A stretch of 64,000 bases of DNA from Octopus sinensis (taxonomy: Eukaryota), in assembly GCF_006345805.1 (NCBI RefSeq), contig NC_043014.1, positions 9,672,001 through 9,736,000 of the forward strand. The letters run 5' to 3'. The notes under the pieces are model-generated. The model was not told the origin of the DNA. It saw only the letters and a list, made by a program, of their open reading frames with translations, and made no database searches. The translations under genes were made by a program, and so were the position numbers. Shown piece by piece: positions 50,469 through 62,216 of this stretch (positions are counted from its first letter, which is position 1; each line of letters starts with the position of its first letter).

Positions 50469-51318
50469 AGTAATTTTTATTAACTTTTATAGCTTTAGAA
50501 TCTTATGAACTGTACCACGGATTTAATTATTATTTTTCATCTCCATATATGTTAGCCTTTTTTTTATATATATAAAAAAAACTATTAGCCAAATATGTAT
50601 AATATCGGTACTTATTGATATTAATATATACACTATTATATATTTTGTTTTATTTTGTTCTGTTTACCTTCCTTTTTTGTACAAATGTGTATTATATTAT
50701 ATAAGTGTAGCTTTATGATGTATAAGTTTTTATATTTTACATTTTTATATTTTATATTTATATGTATATGATTGTATAATATTTTTCACTATTATAACAA
50801 ATTTAATTTAATTCTCTGAAGAGGCCGTGGGGCATCCTTGTTAATGCCTCATTTATACCTGCCTTTATGGCTTATAGGTTAAATGAGGTATGACTGTCCT
50901 CACTGCCGAAACAGCTGTCAGTTTTGATTTATTTGCATATTATATTTGAAAATTTTTACTTATATCTCTTTATCTTGTTACTATTACTGTATATCTCATT
51001 TCATTTTATGTATTGCCTTTACTCATATGTAATGGTGTATTAAAGTATGGATTGAGTATCATCGGATAGTTGATGTTTTACTGATTTAAGTATATTTCTC
51101 CATTCTCTAATTTTGTAGTATATAATATATATATATATATATTATATATATATATGAAGGGCTCCTTTCAGTTTCCATCTACGAAATCCAGTCACAAAGT
51201 TTTGGTCGGCCCGAGGCTATAGTAGAAGACACTTGCCTAGGGTGCCACGCAGTGGGACTGAATCCGGAACCATTTGGTTCGTAAGCAAGCTACTTACTAC
51301 ACAGCCACCCCTACGCCT
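49436..51318 (-). mobile_element. SINE B split by a ~1.4-kb AT-rich insertion (tail half 49436-49700, head half 51126-51318)
   Basis: Complementary halves in the same orientation, both abutting the internal (TA)n; insert 49710-51125. Confidence 0.75.
50812..50923 (+). ncRNA. Type I hammerhead motif with canonical core and long stem II
   Basis: CTGAAGA (50816-50822)-ggccgtgggg...cctcactgcc-GAAA-c-agct-GTC|ag; stem I only 2 bp in this copy. Confidence 0.65.
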
Positions 51319-51658
51319 ACAAATATTGAAAAATATCGTACAATTTATTATTATTGTTCGTCATGTTCCGTATTTAGTTACATTGCGTGGATTCATGGAC
51401 AGGTGGTGTCTACTATAGCCCCAGATCAATCAAATATTTTTGTGATTGGCACTGAAAAAAGCCCATCTTATATCTGTGTATGTATGTGTGTGTGAGTGTT
51501 TGTGTCTATCTCCGCAATTGTAAGTGTGCGTATCTGTGTATCTCTGTGTTTATAGTATTGTATTTTTTTGTGTTTGTGTTTCCCATCGCTGCTTGCTAAC
51601 TTAGAGGTTCGGTAAAATTCGTCCGATAGAATAATTAACTGGAGTGAAAATAATGTGA

Positions 51659-51888
51659 TAGCTATTTCTTTACTACCCATAAGGGGCTAAACACAGAGAG
51701 GACAAACAAGGACAGACAAACGGATTAAGTCGATGACATCGACCCCAGTGCGTAACTGGTACTTAATTTATCGACCCCGAAATCGAAGTCGAACTCGGCG
51801 GGATTTGGACTCAGAACGTAACGGCAGGCGAAATGCGGCTACGCATTTCTCCCGGCGTGCTAACGTTTCTGCCAGCTCGCTGCCTTAA
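51659..51888 (-). mobile_element. SINE C monomer
   Basis: Body plus head. Confidence 0.88.
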
Positions 51889-52472
51889 ATAAAGTAAGTG
51901 CTACCGTTGATTTATTCGACTAAATCTATCAAGGCCTTTCCCCAACATAGCCGCTGCTCCAGCTCGATCGTAGTCAAATATCTAAGACAAGTGAAAGAAT
52001 GAAAGAATGTAGCAAGCATATTTTATTCCCACAGATACAGAACATCCATATAATTTATTATATAGACTTTATTTTGTCTGTAATATTTGGATGGGAATAG
52101 AAAGAATGGATGTTGGTTTTACATCCTCCGCGTTCTTAGAATATATCGGTTCTTTATTCGATATTTTATTCGAGTTTTGTTTTCATTTTTACAAATCTGT
52201 TGCCTTCAGTACTGAAAACTTCATGAATCTAAGAAAAATTATTATTTGTCAAATGCGTGTTTAAGTTTTCCATGTATGTTCAAGAATAATATCAATATAA
52301 AAAAACAAATTCAGCGTGAAGAATGTTGAAAACAGAATTTGTCGACAATATTCATTATCATGTAACTATAGGTTCTAGAAAGAATTACCGTTCCTATATA
52401 TTACTGTTATCTCTAATGTGCTAACATCTTTCCACAGGGAAAATGTGTCTCTACCCATTACAAAACTCCCAC

Positions 52473-52503
<31 letters not shown>

Positions 52504-52974
52504 CATACGTATATACATACATACATACGTATGTATATACATACATACATACATACGTACGTACGTACATACATCATACATACATACATACAAACATACA
52601 TACATACATATATACATATACATCAGTCTACATGCATACGTTGCGATCGGAGAGAGGCATATTCTGTAGTTGCCATAACACTTTAGTTCAATGGCTAGGG
52701 CAGCAGAATACATAAGCATCTCAGCTAACTACTGTGCAATGCTAGGGTCATTTCCTTTCAGTGTGCCATTACCTAAAACAAAATTGTAATTTATTTTTGT
52801 CATAAAGATAGATTGTGGGCAGTCTATTGGGCTCTCTGTATAATTATGTTCCATAGTGTTTTTCACACCAGAACATTTTCTGATTTCTCAGAAACCTGGT
52901 TAAAAATGTACGATATATTCTTTTTCATACTGCAGTTGAAATTCGGCAGCCTTGGCTATGTTAGTTAGCTTCAC

Positions 52975-53328
52975 TATACTAGTTCGCCAGCAAGTATACT
53001 TTACCAGATATTGATGTTGAGACCCCCTTCATGACTGACCATGGGATTGTACCTAGGAAGTCACCCTCCCAGGCACAAGTCCGGGCAAGGTTGTTTATGG
53101 AAGACCAGCAGTCGCCCATGCCACCAGTGTTATCCAAGTGAAAGGCAACGGCCGATACAGCTTGGCACCCGTGACGTCGCAACTGATTTCTACAGCTGAG
53201 TGAACTGGAGCAACGTGAAATAAAGTGTGTTGCTCAAGAACACAACACGCAGCCCGGTCCGGGATTCGAACTCACAACCTCACGATCGTAAGCTCGACGC
53301 TCTAGCCACTGAGCCACGCGCCTTCACT
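52975..53328 (-). mobile_element. SINE with D-type head and a different tail (D2)
   Basis: gctgagtgaactggagcaacgtgaaataaagtgtgttgctcaagaacac shared with D; left part unrelated to the D tail. Confidence 0.8.
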
Positions 53329-54879
53329 TTACCAGGTATCTGATGTAACATACATAGATGATATGGTGTACTGGTCCACCCCAACAATAACTGTTTGTGC
53401 ACAAAAGGAATTCTCAAAATATTTTCAATACATTTAGCGGTTTGGACCTGTCTATGTTTCGCAAATGCCATAGAAGCAGAAATGGTGTTTTATATAAATG
53501 CATAGCGTGCAATTTTTAACCACGCCTGACCTATATAGGAGCCATGTATCTTATCACTTATTACATATGTGTAAATGATGCAGAAGTGGTCTTGTGGGTG
53601 ATATCAATTTTTTACAAATTTTCCTCTCACAAAATAAAGTTTCTTCTTTTTCTTCTAGTTTAGAAAATTATAAAGCAAGAATTTCCTCTCATCCTTCGTA
53701 GGTATTTGGAAAATAAATAATTGTCTAGTTCTCCTTGAGGACATTCAGATCGACTGTCTTACTGATTAAAATATCTTGTTCAGTATTCAGGCTATAATAC
53801 TTATCAATTATATCGGTTTCCAGATCGGAGCTACGAAAAGTAAGTTGTACATAAATATGTACTCCATTTTGAATATACACTAGTATTTCAATATGACAAA
53901 AAATATTAAAAAATTAAAACAAAATAAAATAAAACAGTGGGACAATTGGGAAATGATTATGAAAATACTAATTTCTGATACGGCTAAAGAAATATAAACA
54001 TACATCTTTTTGCTCATTGATATGTAAAAACAGACGCATTCACAATTCCCCAAAGATAAGAAAATATTTTTAAAGATAATAATAATAACGATAATAATGA
54101 TAATAATGATAATAATGATAATAATAATAATAATAAGAAGAAGATTTACAACCATTGCTACGATCAACACTAAACTAAAATAACTTAAAATTCCACTTGA
54201 TTCGTACACGGAAAAGATGTGTGCTTTCTACTATTGAAGAATAAAATAACAAAAATTTATAGTGAATGCCCCTTTAAGATTTGCAGTGAATGAAATATGG
54301 ACACCCGTAAGATTTATAAAGCCGAAAAGCTAGCCATTGATGTACAGAGTGAGAAAGGCGATTCTTAAATGCACAAAAAAGAAGCGTAGCAAAAGATATT
54401 CAGGAAGCCATATATATATATGAAGAGAGATCCATGTTATTATTCCATTGCTCACAAAAATGCAAAGAAATCCAGTGCCTTTTAGTATGAAACGTATGGT
54501 ATCAGAAATCAATGAAGGGATGGCTGAAGTGTTTGAAAAGGAGCTTGAAAAATGATCAGTTTTAAAAGCAAAAGGTGTAGGTGAAGAAATCCTAACAGAA
54601 CTTTCTAAAATAACACAAACATGAATGGAGGGAAAGCAATGACAATTTAGCAAATACAAACAAATATAAGATTTATAAATAAGTGAATCCCGACAAGTAA
54701 CCAAATTCTCCATACGTCAAAGTTTACTTTGGGTGAACTCAATCAACTGATCTTTGCCTCATCCATAGAACTGGAATTTAAATTTCCCATCATGACATTA
54801 TCAAGGAAACGTAAAAATATATAATCGGTATTTCGGAGGACAAGAAACCTAGCTGGAATGGGGGGTGGGTGAAGAAATA

Positions 54880-55620
54880 GATACCTTTAGAGAAAAAATA
54901 TTGACCTAAGTGAATCTCAGCGAGATATTTGTGAAAGTAACAAAAGGAAACAAGTTGAAGAGTAAATATGAACTACAGAAGATAGAAAATAAAACGTCAG
55001 TCATAGAACAACTTAAACAGAACATACAAAGCGATGTCCAAAGTGTAAAATGGATGGAAATACAGACTTTTTTTTTTCAAGTAAAACTATTGAAAAGGTT
55101 GCAAGACGCAACGAAAATTTTAGGAAAATAAAAATAAGAAAAAAGTGGAAATTTTACCGGTGAGTGTGTTATATTATAAGGCACAAAAAGAAAATGACTC
55201 TCTCCAGACACAACAGAATAAATTTAAAACAGTTGGTAAATCAATTCGTCGGGAGATAGGAAGAGACCCAAGAACAAATAAACGAAGAAATACTGAAGCG
55301 CTTAATCAGTCCTGGAGTTCTATGTGAAGCAACCAAAATGGCGATGAATGGATACAAACCATACGACAGGTTAATGGTGAAATACAAATGCAAGAATAGA
55401 AGAATATAACAAAAGGAATAGAAAAGAGCTCTTAGAAATCATTATATATAGAAAATACCAAGTATAAAGAAACAGTCAGATTATTGTTTGACCATAATGT
55501 CTTGTAAACACAAATACCTTAAATTAGATTAAGCAGGAGCCAAACAAGCATCGGAGGGAAACATTTCTTTTCTATTACAGACAGCTGTAAATAAAATACC
55601 TGTTTACATCAAGTAATATA
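54880..55620 (+). pseudogene. Decayed N-terminal ORF region of an R4/Dong-like LINE
   Basis: KLKSKYELQKIENKTSVIEQLKQNIQ (cf. KLKRKY...IEQLKQKI), with further broken motifs downstream. Confidence 0.4.
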
Positions 55621-56001
55621 TACATCACCTATCCTTTAATATAAATACTTTATAATTAGGTTTGAGCAAAGATTTACTTCACCACATACCGAAGTTTAGA
55701 AATAGCAGTCAAAAAATCTTAGCTATTCCTTCTACCTTAAAAGGGGCTCCCCGAAAAACCAAAGTACTTGAGAGCAATCCACGCAGGCAACAGGGAAAAA
55801 ACAACGAAAATCATATAAATATATAGCATGCACATATGTCTGTCCGCTGTTCCTTTTTAATGTACTCACAAATTCGGTTGTGCTTGGAATCTCCCTGATT
55901 GACTATTCCGAGCCCCTCGTTCCCTGTCCTCCCGGCTCTTCTTTCTTCCTCACACACACAAACCCACACAAACTCTCTACCCCTCTCTCAATCTCTGTAT
56001 T

Positions 56002-56041
<40 letters not shown>

Positions 56042-56064
56042 TGGTAAAAACGGTAAGATAACAA

Positions 56065-56304
56065 AAGAAAGAAAAAGACCTCAATATTATGTAAATAGAG
56101 GAAATTTATCTATAAAATAATATGTTACAATTACTCAATGGTCAAGATAAAACTCTGAGTTTCAGATGCCGAAGTGAAAATCCACAACACCATCTCTTCG
56201 GTTATCTGGCCAACCGAAGAGATGGTGTTGTGGATTTCCACTTCGGCATCTGAAACTCAGAGTTTTATCTTGACTATTGAGTAATTGTAACATATTATTT
56301 TATA
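56065..56304. mobile_element. PLE-like fold-back (family P2), ~93-bp arms, hammerhead-like motif on both arms
   Basis: Arms 56111-56203 / 56212-56304 with two mismatches; flanked by (TA)n. Confidence 0.75.
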
Positions 56305-56324
56305 TATATATATATTATATATAT

Positions 56325-56358
<34 letters not shown>

Positions 56359-56825
56359 AGCACACAAATGGGGGGATGAATTCCCAGCTTGAGGGGTATC
56401 GCGAAAAGGCGTCTTTGGATGTCCGAATTTCCGAGTTGCTTACAGGGCTTAAAAAAACGCCGAAAGGCCGCTGCAATGTGTACGAACCTGACTAAAATCA
56501 TAAATAACTGATACCCTTCTATTTGCTTCAGCGACATCTCAGCAATCCTTCGTATGTGTATACTGTGAGTAAGGTCAGCTCTAGCCATGCGAGTCCAGCA
56601 CCGAGGAAGGGAAGTAATCCAGAAACCATTGGTCTGCTGGTACTGACAACGTCTAGAAGAGAGCAGTGAGCCCCCTTGTTTAGAGTATGTCTTGGACACA
56701 GATCATGTATCGATAAACCAGCTGGAAAAGATGTTTTCCTGGGGTTAAAAAGTAGTAACATTGTACTAGACAGGACTGCTACATTATGTTGGCAAATAAA
56801 CTTTACTACACACACATACACATAC

Positions 56826-56863
<38 letters not shown>

Positions 56864-56957
56864 TAACAATATAGGATGAAGTCCCTTTCTCTACAGAAAA
56901 GGATTTCATCAAAAAGCGTGGCAGTATATTAAAAAATCCTTTACGGTTGAAGTATAA

Positions 56958-57154
56958 ACATCTTATAATTAAGGGCTAAAGAAGGTTATTCTAAAGCCAA
57001 TACACTGATTTATCCACTTATAATCCACTTGTTACAGGAAAATTGAACTGAAAGCGGGCAACTAACCTTTAGAAAATTTAAATTTTGTTATCTCTAAGAG
57101 ATAACGAAATATTGGCTTTAGAATAACCTTCTTTAGCCCTTAATTATAAGATGT
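56958..57154. repeat. Perfect 45-bp inverted repeat with ~107-bp spacer
   Basis: acatcttataattaagggctaaagaaggttattctaaagccaata at 56958-57002 and its reverse complement at 57110-57154. Confidence 0.85.
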
Positions 57155-57329
57155 ATATATATATATACATACATATATAGCAAAAATATAACTATAGACG
57201 TTCTGTTAGAGATTTATTTTCCTTATTTTTCCTGTTCTCAATTCCGACGAAGAGCTATGCTTTAAACGCCAAACTCTCATTTTTTACTTAGACATCAAGC
57301 AAATGCATTCCTTGTGATATATATATATA

Positions 57330-57682
57330 CTAGCAGTATCGCCCGGCGTTGCTCGGGTTTGTAAGGGAAATAACTATAAAACATTTTTAGAGAGCTATAG
57401 CCAAAAAATAGCAAAAAAATGGAAAAAAAATGATGGTAAATTTTTTTGAGAGTAAAAAAGGTCGAGTTGCGTCCCCTAGACAGTCTGTGGTTTGTGTTTC
57501 TGATTCTCGACCCCATGTCGAATTTATCGATTTTTTTCAGAACTGGGGGAACTTTTCAAAATTTTCGCTGCGTTAGTTTTGAATTATGACATTGGGCTAT
57601 GTGTTCAGAATCAGTTGAAAGCCGTGGTCAGGGTGAGGGTACAACCTAACAGACACACAGACACACACACAGACAAACTGCC

Positions 57683-57735
<53 letters not shown>
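57330..57735 (-). mobile_element. Non-autonomous Helitron H1, copy 3 (different 5' half)
   Basis: Same CTAG/hairpin 3' terminus; 5' end blurred by (TA)n. Confidence 0.75.
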
Positions 57736-57763
<28 letters not shown>

Positions 57764-58227
57764 AGAGAGAGAAAGAAAGAAACGGAAAAATAGAGATTAA
57801 AGACATCTACGCGAATACCGCAGTTAGCAATCCGTGCACAATCCCTCTCTAATGGAAAGTCTAGTGAGGAATAACGGATTATATTAATATATAAAGGTTA
57901 AATACACCGGCCGGTCGATCCATGGAAAACTGCTAATCCGATGTTCTGTTGTTCCTCTCCAAACGATTGGCTGGTACATTAAAACCATATGCATTATGGA
58001 AGGACGTACAAAAAAATGAAAATTATATTTTTACATAATTTTATGCCGTTTTTCGAACATTTCAAGAGGTTACATGAATTTCATTTCCACGCTATTAAAT
58101 GCTTTGTAAGCATAATTAATCAATTAGTTAATGGGTCAGGTTGCCCTCATCCTTTTCTTAACAGACCTCAAATATATTACGGTGAATTGTCTGAGTTTCT
58201 AACACATATTTTGGTAAATGGTATTTA

Positions 58228-58868
58228 CGGCGAGCTGGCAGAAACGTTAGCACGCCGGGCGAAATGCTTAGCGGTATTTCGGCTGCCGTTACGATGTGAG
58301 TTCAAATTCCGCCGAGGTCGACTTTGCTTTTCATCCTTTCGGGGTCGATAAATTAAGTACCAGTTACGCACTGGGGTCGATGTAATCGACTTAATACCTA
58401 TGTCTGTCCTTGTTTGTCCGCTCCGTGTTTAGCCCCTTGTGGGTAGTAAAGAAATAGGTATTCTAGATAAATGAGGGCGGCGAAGTGGCGGAATCGTTAG
58501 CACGCCGGGCGAAATGCTTAGCGGTATTTCGGCTGCCGTTACGTTCTGGGTTCAAATTCCGCCGAGATCGACTCTGCCTTTCATCCTTTCGGGGGCGATT
58601 AAATAAATACCAGTTACGCACTGGAGTCCATGTTTGTCCCCTCTGTGTTTAGCCCCTTGTGGGTAGTAAAGGAATAGGTATTTCGTCTGCCGTTACGTTC
58701 TGAGTTCAAATTCCGCCGAGGTGGACTTTGCCTTTCATCCTTTCGGGGTCGATTAAATAAGTACCAGTTACGCTCTGAGGTCGATATAATCGACTTAATC
58801 CGTTCTGTCTGTCCTTGTTTGTTCCCTCTGTATTTAACCCCTGTATTTAACTCTGTAGTAAAGAAATA
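58228..58868 (+). mobile_element. SINE C multimer (two heads, three bodies)
   Basis: Heads at 58228 and ~58476; head-less junction gtagtaaaggaataggtatttcg at ~58670. Confidence 0.88.
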
Positions 58869-59299
58869 GATATTCCAGATAAATGACACGTGAAATGACA
58901 TTTATGTGATACATCATATGTTTGCTGCATTTCCAAATTGTTTACACTTTGCGATGTCCCCACTTTTTTTTTCTGTGACGTAAAACTGATGCAATATATT
59001 TTCTGCTACATGTACAAAGCTTAAATAGTTTTCGGTGAGGCAGGAAATTATGTATATTGATCACAGTGCTCGACTAGTAATTATTTTTATCGACCCTGAA
59101 AGGCGGAAAGACAGAGTGGAATTCAGTGGATAGAGAGGAAATATCTTTAAGCATTTTGACCCACGAGCTAAAGATTCTGCCAGATCACTGCGTTAGAAAA
59201 TAACGGTTTCAAATTTTGTCACAAGACCCCACACGTTCGTGGTTGGAAGCAATTACATTTACCCCTGTACTCAACTGTTACTTATTGTAAAAATAATAA

Positions 59300-59553
59300 T
59301 AAATGCATCCTTTTTAAAGCCTAGCCAGGCTCATGGGCCCGGTTTCCCGGTTTCAATGGCGTATGTGTTCCCCAGCTGGACGGGACGCCAGTCCATCGCA
59401 ACGTTACTCATTTTTGCCAGCTGAGTGAACTGGGGCAACGTAAAATGAAGTGTTTCTCTCAAGAACACAACTCGTCGCCCGGTCCAGGAATCGAAACCAC
59501 AATCTTACGATCATGATGCTGACACGCTAACTCTTAAGCCACGCGACTCCACT
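59300..59553 (-). mobile_element. SINE D monomer
   Basis: Matches the 6223-7110 units. Confidence 0.9.
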
Positions 59554-60077
59554 GACACTTATTGTATCAACCACAAAATGATGAAAGCAAAGCCGGTCTC
59601 TGCGGAATTTGAACGTAGATCGTAAAGGCGAACGAATTTCTGGTAAGCATTTTGCCCGCCTTACTAACGGATTCTGCGAGCTCACCGCCTTACCAACTTA
59701 GAGAATAATATCATATAGAAATACGAAGGAAGCAGTAACAACATTGACCATTTATCTGAAATACTACAGAGCCACGTACGTTATTAGCAGCACAAAGTGT
59801 TTGGGCCTCGAGGTTGTTCATAAATAGCCATATAGTTATTTCGATAGACAGGTACCACTTCAAAAACAGACACCCGATTTAACCAGCCGCCAGTTATTGT
59901 TCCATCTTTGTATTCATGTCTTAGTTTTCCATTACGATTTCGGAAATAGGATTTCTAACACTCCAATAGTTATTAGACAAACCACAAGGCATTCATTATA
60001 TTTAAAGATTTTTTCTTCATACCTATATATTTTTGGGATGTTTGACATAATGCAGCATAAATTTCTGCCAATTTCAT

Positions 60078-60108
<31 letters not shown>

Positions 60109-60984
60109 TGTGTTTACTTTTAACAAAAAAATTCTTTGTTCGAAAGGAAAAAAAAGAGGATGTATATTTTCCGCATTATTAAACAGCCATTTAAATTTTT
60201 AACCAACTTCTTTCAGGCTTTATATTCCTGAATAATATGTTATACTAAACACACACGCACATACACACACATGCACACACATACACACACACATACACAT
60301 ATCAACACTCACGTATATATTAACACACAAACACACACACACACACATAATTTGTCATTGATATTTGCACACGCACACACACACACACATATATGTACAT
60401 AATTTCTTTCAATATGAAGTACATTTACAATTAAATTTCATTCGGATTATCATTATTATTATTATTGAGTGAGAGCCAGGGCATTCCATGAAAATAACGC
60501 TGGGGTACAAATGTACGAAGCTCAATATACCCGTCATGACTACCCATCAGCTAAGGTAACACCAGGCACATAGATCACAGCCATATGTTCGCGACATGCT
60601 GGTCTCATATCAAGATAAACGGTGCATGACCCTGTTAGAATTTTTTTCAGGTCGAGTAGCCCAGCCAGGTTTGTTTAAGATTGATGAATGAAATACCTGT
60701 TTCGTGAGTTGAATTATTCAAGCCCCAAAGAATCCTTCATAACGCATGGCAACGATGCTACTGCAATTCTTCGGTTCGTGATTACAAATGCACATATCGT
60801 CAGTCAATAAGGGGCATGCTCATCTTCATAAGGTCAAAGGACTAAAAAGAAAATCTGTGGTATAGAGCAGAATATTTGCTGTAGCTCATTTTCTTTTATA
60901 CCAAGGTAAAACAAGGTATGTGGTAATACTACCAATCAGTTTATATCAAAAGCCACGTGAGACAATTATAATCATTAGGGCGAT

Positions 60985-61395
60985 ATGGTGGCAGTATCGT
61001 TAGCAACCTTGGCGAAATGCTTAATGGTATTTCGTCTGCCGCTTACGTTCTGAGTTCAAATTCCGCCGAAATCGACTTTGCATTTTATCCTTTCGGGGTC
61101 GATAAATTAAGTGCCAGTTACACACTGGGGTCGATGTAATCGACTTGATCCGTTTGTCCGTCCTTGTTTGTCCCCTCTGTGTTTAGCCCCTTGTGGGTAG
61201 TAAAGAAATAGGTATTTCGTCTGCTGCTACGTTCTGAGTTCAAATTCCGCCGAGGTCGACTTTGCCTTTCATCCTTTCGGGGTCGATTAAATAAGTACCA
61301 GTTACGTACTGGAGTCAATGTAATCGACTTAATCCCTTTGTTTGTCCTTGTTTGTCACCTTTATGTTTAGCCCCCTGTGGGCAATAAACAAATAA
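60985..61395 (+). mobile_element. SINE C dimer
   Basis: Junction gtagtaaagaaataggtatttcgtc at ~61200. Confidence 0.88.
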
Positions 61396-62216
61396 TTATA
61401 ATTATTAAGGCTGTGTGCTGGCAGAATCTTTGCCGCATCGAACCAAATACTTAGCAGTGTTTCATCCGACTTTATGCTCGGAGTTAAAATTCTGCCGAGA
61501 TTGGTTTTGCCTTTCATCCTTTCAAAGTCAATAAAGTAAATACCAGTTAAATGTTTCGACCATCGAATTTGATTTAATACTCAAACCCTAAAAAATAGTG
61601 CCTTCATACCAAAATTAGAAATCTTTTACTTGGCTAGTTTACTAGGTTGGAGCTGAGAGAATGTTATAATTCACGTTGTATCTAATTTCATACATCGTAT
61701 CTAAACTCATAAATTTTGCAGTCTGTTGCAAAAACTATTTAAAATGATTGTTCACATATTATTGCGATTATCGGACAATAACTTCGGCGATAAAAATTGA
61801 CAGCAACAATTTAAAGTTCTGTGGTGAGTTAAGATATATTTGGGTAAGCAAATATGTTAAAATATAATTTACATATATATTTGTTAAATTTATACATGCG
61901 TGGGTAGCATCTGTTTTAAATTTGAGTATCTAAGTGCTTTATTTTGAATTGCTAGTTAAGATATGTATTAGTCCGGCTATATGCAAGGGTTAAGAGTTGG
62001 ATATAAAGCGGCGCATAGCAGATATTTGCGCATTCGAGCACAAGCACGCACACGTGCGTAGGCATATGCCGACACACGCACACAAATACACAACGAGTCA
62101 TTCAGAGACAAACACTTGCGTATTCTTGTTTAAGGAGAGATTTGTTTCAAACAGAGCAATCAGGTCAGACAAGAAGTACACCCAACATGCATTCTTAAAC
62201 TGCTATATTTATAAAT

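Noticed and set aside
60480-60850. Probable additional old interspersed repeat
   Set aside because: Looks familiar as an octopus repeat, but it is single-copy in this window and has no diagnostic ends
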